Virus record (IMG/VR): IMGVR_UViG_3300032243_000668
Span: 1-26,382 of that record
Direction: 5' to 3' (one strand)
Length of the DNA stretch: 26,382 nt
From: a virus
Taxonomy: Duplodnaviria > Caudoviricetes
Positions 23,790 to 26,382 of this stretch are shown one piece after another. The translations under genes were made by a program, and so were the position numbers. Under the pieces are notes generated by a model that did no database searches, was not told where the DNA came from, and saw nothing but the letters and a program-made list of their open reading frames with translations. Every line of letters begins with the position of its first letter. Within the stretch, counting starts at the first letter, position 1.

Positions 23790-24326
23790 TTATTTGCGGG
23801 CGAACTTGAGTTGTTTGAAAATCTCCGCCGCCCGACGGGGATCTTTTTCTGCGTTGAAAGCCTTGAGGATTTCGTCGCGAGAAATGGGTTGGTTGGAGGC
23901 CGTTTCCAAGGGTTTGATTCCTCGGCTGGCTTCCAGTTCAATTTTGAGAGTGGCGAGTTCGGCTTTTGCACCGGCTTCGTCATTCTTGGAAAGATTGGTT
24001 TCGGTTGCTTCGACAGCAGGAGCTGCTTCGGTCTTAACTTCTTCAGCCTGAACTTCAGGCTCGGAAAGTTTGGTTTCTTCAACCTTGGCTGCCATCGCGG
24101 GTGCCTCTGCTTCAGGAGCTTCGTCACCTTGTTCGCCAGCGATGTCGGCTTGTTGTAGCGCAAGCAGGGCATCCATTTTGCCAGCAAGTTCAGCAATGGC
24201 CTTGAGGATATCGTTATGATTGGGCTCCATAACGGGAGCTTCTGGCGCCGGGGCCGCCGGTGCTGCGGGCGCGACTTCTGCCAGCGCTTCTAGTTTGGCC
24301 TCTTGAGCCGGTAAATTTTCGGTCAT
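23790..24326 (-). CDS. Probable nested scaffold protein (178 aa)
   Basis: In-frame ATG (MTENLPAQE...) at the domain boundary with A-rich leader and TTGACA 14 nt upstream. Confidence 0.55.
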   Translation of the reverse strand: MTENLPAQEAKLEALAEVAPAAPAAPAPEAPVMEPNHNDILKAIAELAGKMDALLALQQADIAGEQGDEAPEAEAPAMAAKVEETKLSEPEVQAEEVKTEAAPAVEATETNLSKNDEAGAKAELATLKIELEASRGIKPLETASNQPISRDEILKAFNAEKDPRRAAEIFKQLKFARK

Positions 24327-24770
24327 GGCTTTTTGTTTGCTGTCAACCAGTGCATGAAAAATTCCTGTTGGATTTGCGGCGGGCGTTAGAACGAGATCCA
24401 CAGAATAGAGGCTTTGAACGTCTGCCAGTGTGGTTCCGTCCTCTGATGATCTGGGGATTCCGCTAAAGCTGATGGAAAATCCGATTTGCCCTGGGAGCGT
24501 GCTGATCAGCTCGCTAAAGTAAGAAAATCCAGTGTGGCTTTGAAACAGAGTTAGGTCAGCACGAACACGATCACCGTCTAGGCTAAAGTTTTCAAGATAG
24601 CCGATGATGTTTGAGATGCTGGAGCTATGATCGCTAAGTACCTTTACCTGACCCGCTTCGTTTCCACGCTCGACTACTTGGGAAAGAGTCTCTGCATCAA
24701 TCACCATCCCGTGCCCTAATGCTGGGCCTGCGGTGATGACGCTGATCCCTTTAAATTTCTTTTCGGCCAT
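23790..24770 (-). CDS. Prohead protease with fused C-terminal scaffold
   Basis: VLSDH, IGFSISF, SVDLVLTPAANPTG; acidic Ala/Glu/Pro-rich C-terminal half; ATG 24770. Confidence 0.8.
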   Translation of the reverse strand: MAEKKFKGISVITAGPALGHGMVIDAETLSQVVERGNEAGQVKVLSDHSSSISNIIGYLENFSLDGDRVRADLTLFQSHTGFSYFSELISTLPGQIGFSISFSGIPRSSEDGTTLADVQSLYSVDLVLTPAANPTGIFHALVDSKQKAMTENLPAQEAKLEALAEVAPAAPAAPAPEAPVMEPNHNDILKAIAELAGKMDALLALQQADIAGEQGDEAPEAEAPAMAAKVEETKLSEPEVQAEEVKTEAAPAVEATETNLSKNDEAGAKAELATLKIELEASRGIKPLETASNQPISRDEILKAFNAEKDPRRAAEIFKQLKFARK

Positions 24771-24785
24771 ATCGGCCAAACCGCG

Positions 24786-26372
24786 TCAACTCGTTTTCTT
24801 TTTACGTGTCTTTTTGTCTTTAAGACCAATGCTTTTGGCCACCATCGTCAGCTCTTTGTCGCTGAATTTAAAGTCTGGCTCGTCCTTCATCGTAAACGCT
24901 TCAGTTAAAACAGGAGCTTGCGTAGTTTCGGGTTGGATAACTGCCTCCAACTGCGGAGCTGGCGCTTCGGTAGTGGGAGCCGGAGCATCGGCTGGCGGTT
25001 CGGATGGAGGCGTGGCAGCGGGCTGTTGATTCTGGATAAATTGAATCTCGCTAACAGGGATGCCAGCCTCGGCGCACTTGGCTCGGATGTAGCTTTGTTC
25101 GGCAATCTTTTGATCAATCGCCTCCTGCCAATCGTCACCCCTGGATGCGTAGATCTCGGCGTATGTGGTAAGGCCAAGTTTTAGATCCTCACGATCGGCT
25201 GCGCTGTCGCGACCGGCGTCGATCGTCGTCTGCTTTGGCGTGTGATAGGCCGCTTGCCACCAGCGATCCATGCCCTTGGGCACAGTCAGATCTTTGCGCT
25301 TAATTCCCTTTGCCAGTGCCCAGAGGCGAACGCGACTGACCAGTTGCGTAATTACGGTCTGTGCAATTTCATCGAAACGCCTTTGTGCCTGCGCAAGCAC
25401 AAATCTCTGGGAAGGCCCGGATAGATCCGCTTTCCATAGGTACTCGTAAGGCAAGCCCAAGCCAGTTGCGGCCGCTCGCAAAAATTGATCCATGAAGTCT
25501 TGCAGATTCGGGCTGGGCCGATCGTTCTTTAGTTCACGCAAGCGGCGACCTTGAGGAATGTTCCAGATTGCGCCTCCGCCTAGAATTTTATCTGTCGTAA
25601 TGCCGTCATCGCTTGTGCTGTCGTTGCCAAAGAATCCAGTGCTTCCCTCGCCTTCAAGGGCCAATCCGATTTGACCCACCCGCTTGGCTGCGCCTGTTTC
25701 GTATTCCAGAATCTCATCGCGATCCTGAAGTAGATTTAGGCAGGTAACCAATCTGGAAAGGCTGCGCAGCTCGTCGGCTCGATCGCGTTCAGCCAAGACA
25801 ATGACGTCGGCGGCTTGCACCTCGCTGAATTTGTCGCCGTCTCCCGTGCGGATGTAGTAGGAAAGAGGGCGTCCGTTGCCATTGACCCGCACTCCGTCGA
25901 TCACTTTTGAATCGTTGATATATACAGGAGTCGAGCAACGGTGAGCTTCAATAAGCTGCAACATCGGCCAGCCATCTCCGTTATCGGTTAATAAAATAAA
26001 GAGTTCATTATCGCGCAGCATCGTGCGTGTGGCCACTTGCTGAAGCGTGTTAAAATCCAAAAGCCCGCGAACGTCGCAAGCCAGCGACCAGTTGTGAAAC
26101 CACTCCTCTGTGGCGTTGTTCCATCCCTCGTCCTTGGTTCGGCTTTGGCATTTGATGCCAGGGCCAATCGAATTGCGAGTCATGCAATCAATCGCCCCGC
26201 GTACTACTGGATTGTTGTAGTACATGTAACGCGCAAGACCCAACACCTGCGTGCGGCTGGCGGTTGTGACGTCGATTCGGCTATCTTGTGGCGGCGTGTA
26301 AATGTAGCGCCGCTTTGTGTAGTCCTGGGCACCTGCCCGAATCAAACGACCGAACCAATTTCCCAGAGGCAT
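24786..26372 (-). CDS. Portal protein, lambda family
   Basis: ARYMYYNNPVVRGAID, IGPGI, LQLIEAHR, IDGVRVNGNGRPLSYYI, GLGLPYEYL. Confidence 0.9.
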   Translation of the reverse strand: MPLGNWFGRLIRAGAQDYTKRRYIYTPPQDSRIDVTTASRTQVLGLARYMYYNNPVVRGAIDCMTRNSIGPGIKCQSRTKDEGWNNATEEWFHNWSLACDVRGLLDFNTLQQVATRTMLRDNELFILLTDNGDGWPMLQLIEAHRCSTPVYINDSKVIDGVRVNGNGRPLSYYIRTGDGDKFSEVQAADVIVLAERDRADELRSLSRLVTCLNLLQDRDEILEYETGAAKRVGQIGLALEGEGSTGFFGNDSTSDDGITTDKILGGGAIWNIPQGRRLRELKNDRPSPNLQDFMDQFLRAAATGLGLPYEYLWKADLSGPSQRFVLAQAQRRFDEIAQTVITQLVSRVRLWALAKGIKRKDLTVPKGMDRWWQAAYHTPKQTTIDAGRDSAADREDLKLGLTTYAEIYASRGDDWQEAIDQKIAEQSYIRAKCAEAGIPVSEIQFIQNQQPAATPPSEPPADAPAPTTEAPAPQLEAVIQPETTQAPVLTEAFTMKDEPDFKFSDKELTMVAKSIGLKDKKTRKKKTS

Positions 26373-26382
26373 ATTAGGGGTA

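Noticed and set aside
23604-24158. 184-aa plus-strand ORF and overlapping alternative frames
   Set aside because: Shadows of capsid and scaffold genes.
1-26382. CRISPR array, DGR/reverse transcriptase, transposase or recoded stop codons
   Set aside because: No repeat-spacer array, RT motif, template/variable repeat pair or IS ends seen; genes tile normally under the standard code.

Overview
A 26.4-kb segment of a temperate tailed dsDNA phage (siphovirus-like, Gram-negative host), apparently in its free, non-integrated form because an intact attP (3' end of a probable tRNA-Ser) lies mid-window with phage genes on both sides. Almost all genes are on the minus strand. From right to left: lambda-type portal, prohead protease with a probable nested scaffold, major capsid, a multidomain TPR-glycosyltransferase plus FkbM methyltransferase inside the morphogenesis operon, head-tail and tail genes with a short tape measure, tail fibre/receptor-binding genes, a lysis cassette (holin-like genes, spanins, M15 endolysin), a MazG-like/metallophosphoesterase/wHTH trio, an immunity region of two divergent paralogous ribbon-helix-helix genes, xis-like gene, tyrosine integrase, attP, and a tightly coupled early/replication operon ending in a PriCT-AEP-AAA_25 primase-helicase followed by iteron-like repeats. 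Top leads: (1) an RHH/RHH switch whose early transcript must cross the integrase antisense and attP, so integration would cut off the replication operon; (2) a probable virion glycosylation/methylation cassette; (3) a recurrent TTGAC(A/G) motif 13-20 nt before late-gene start codons. All calls come from motif recognition by eye; no database searches were run.
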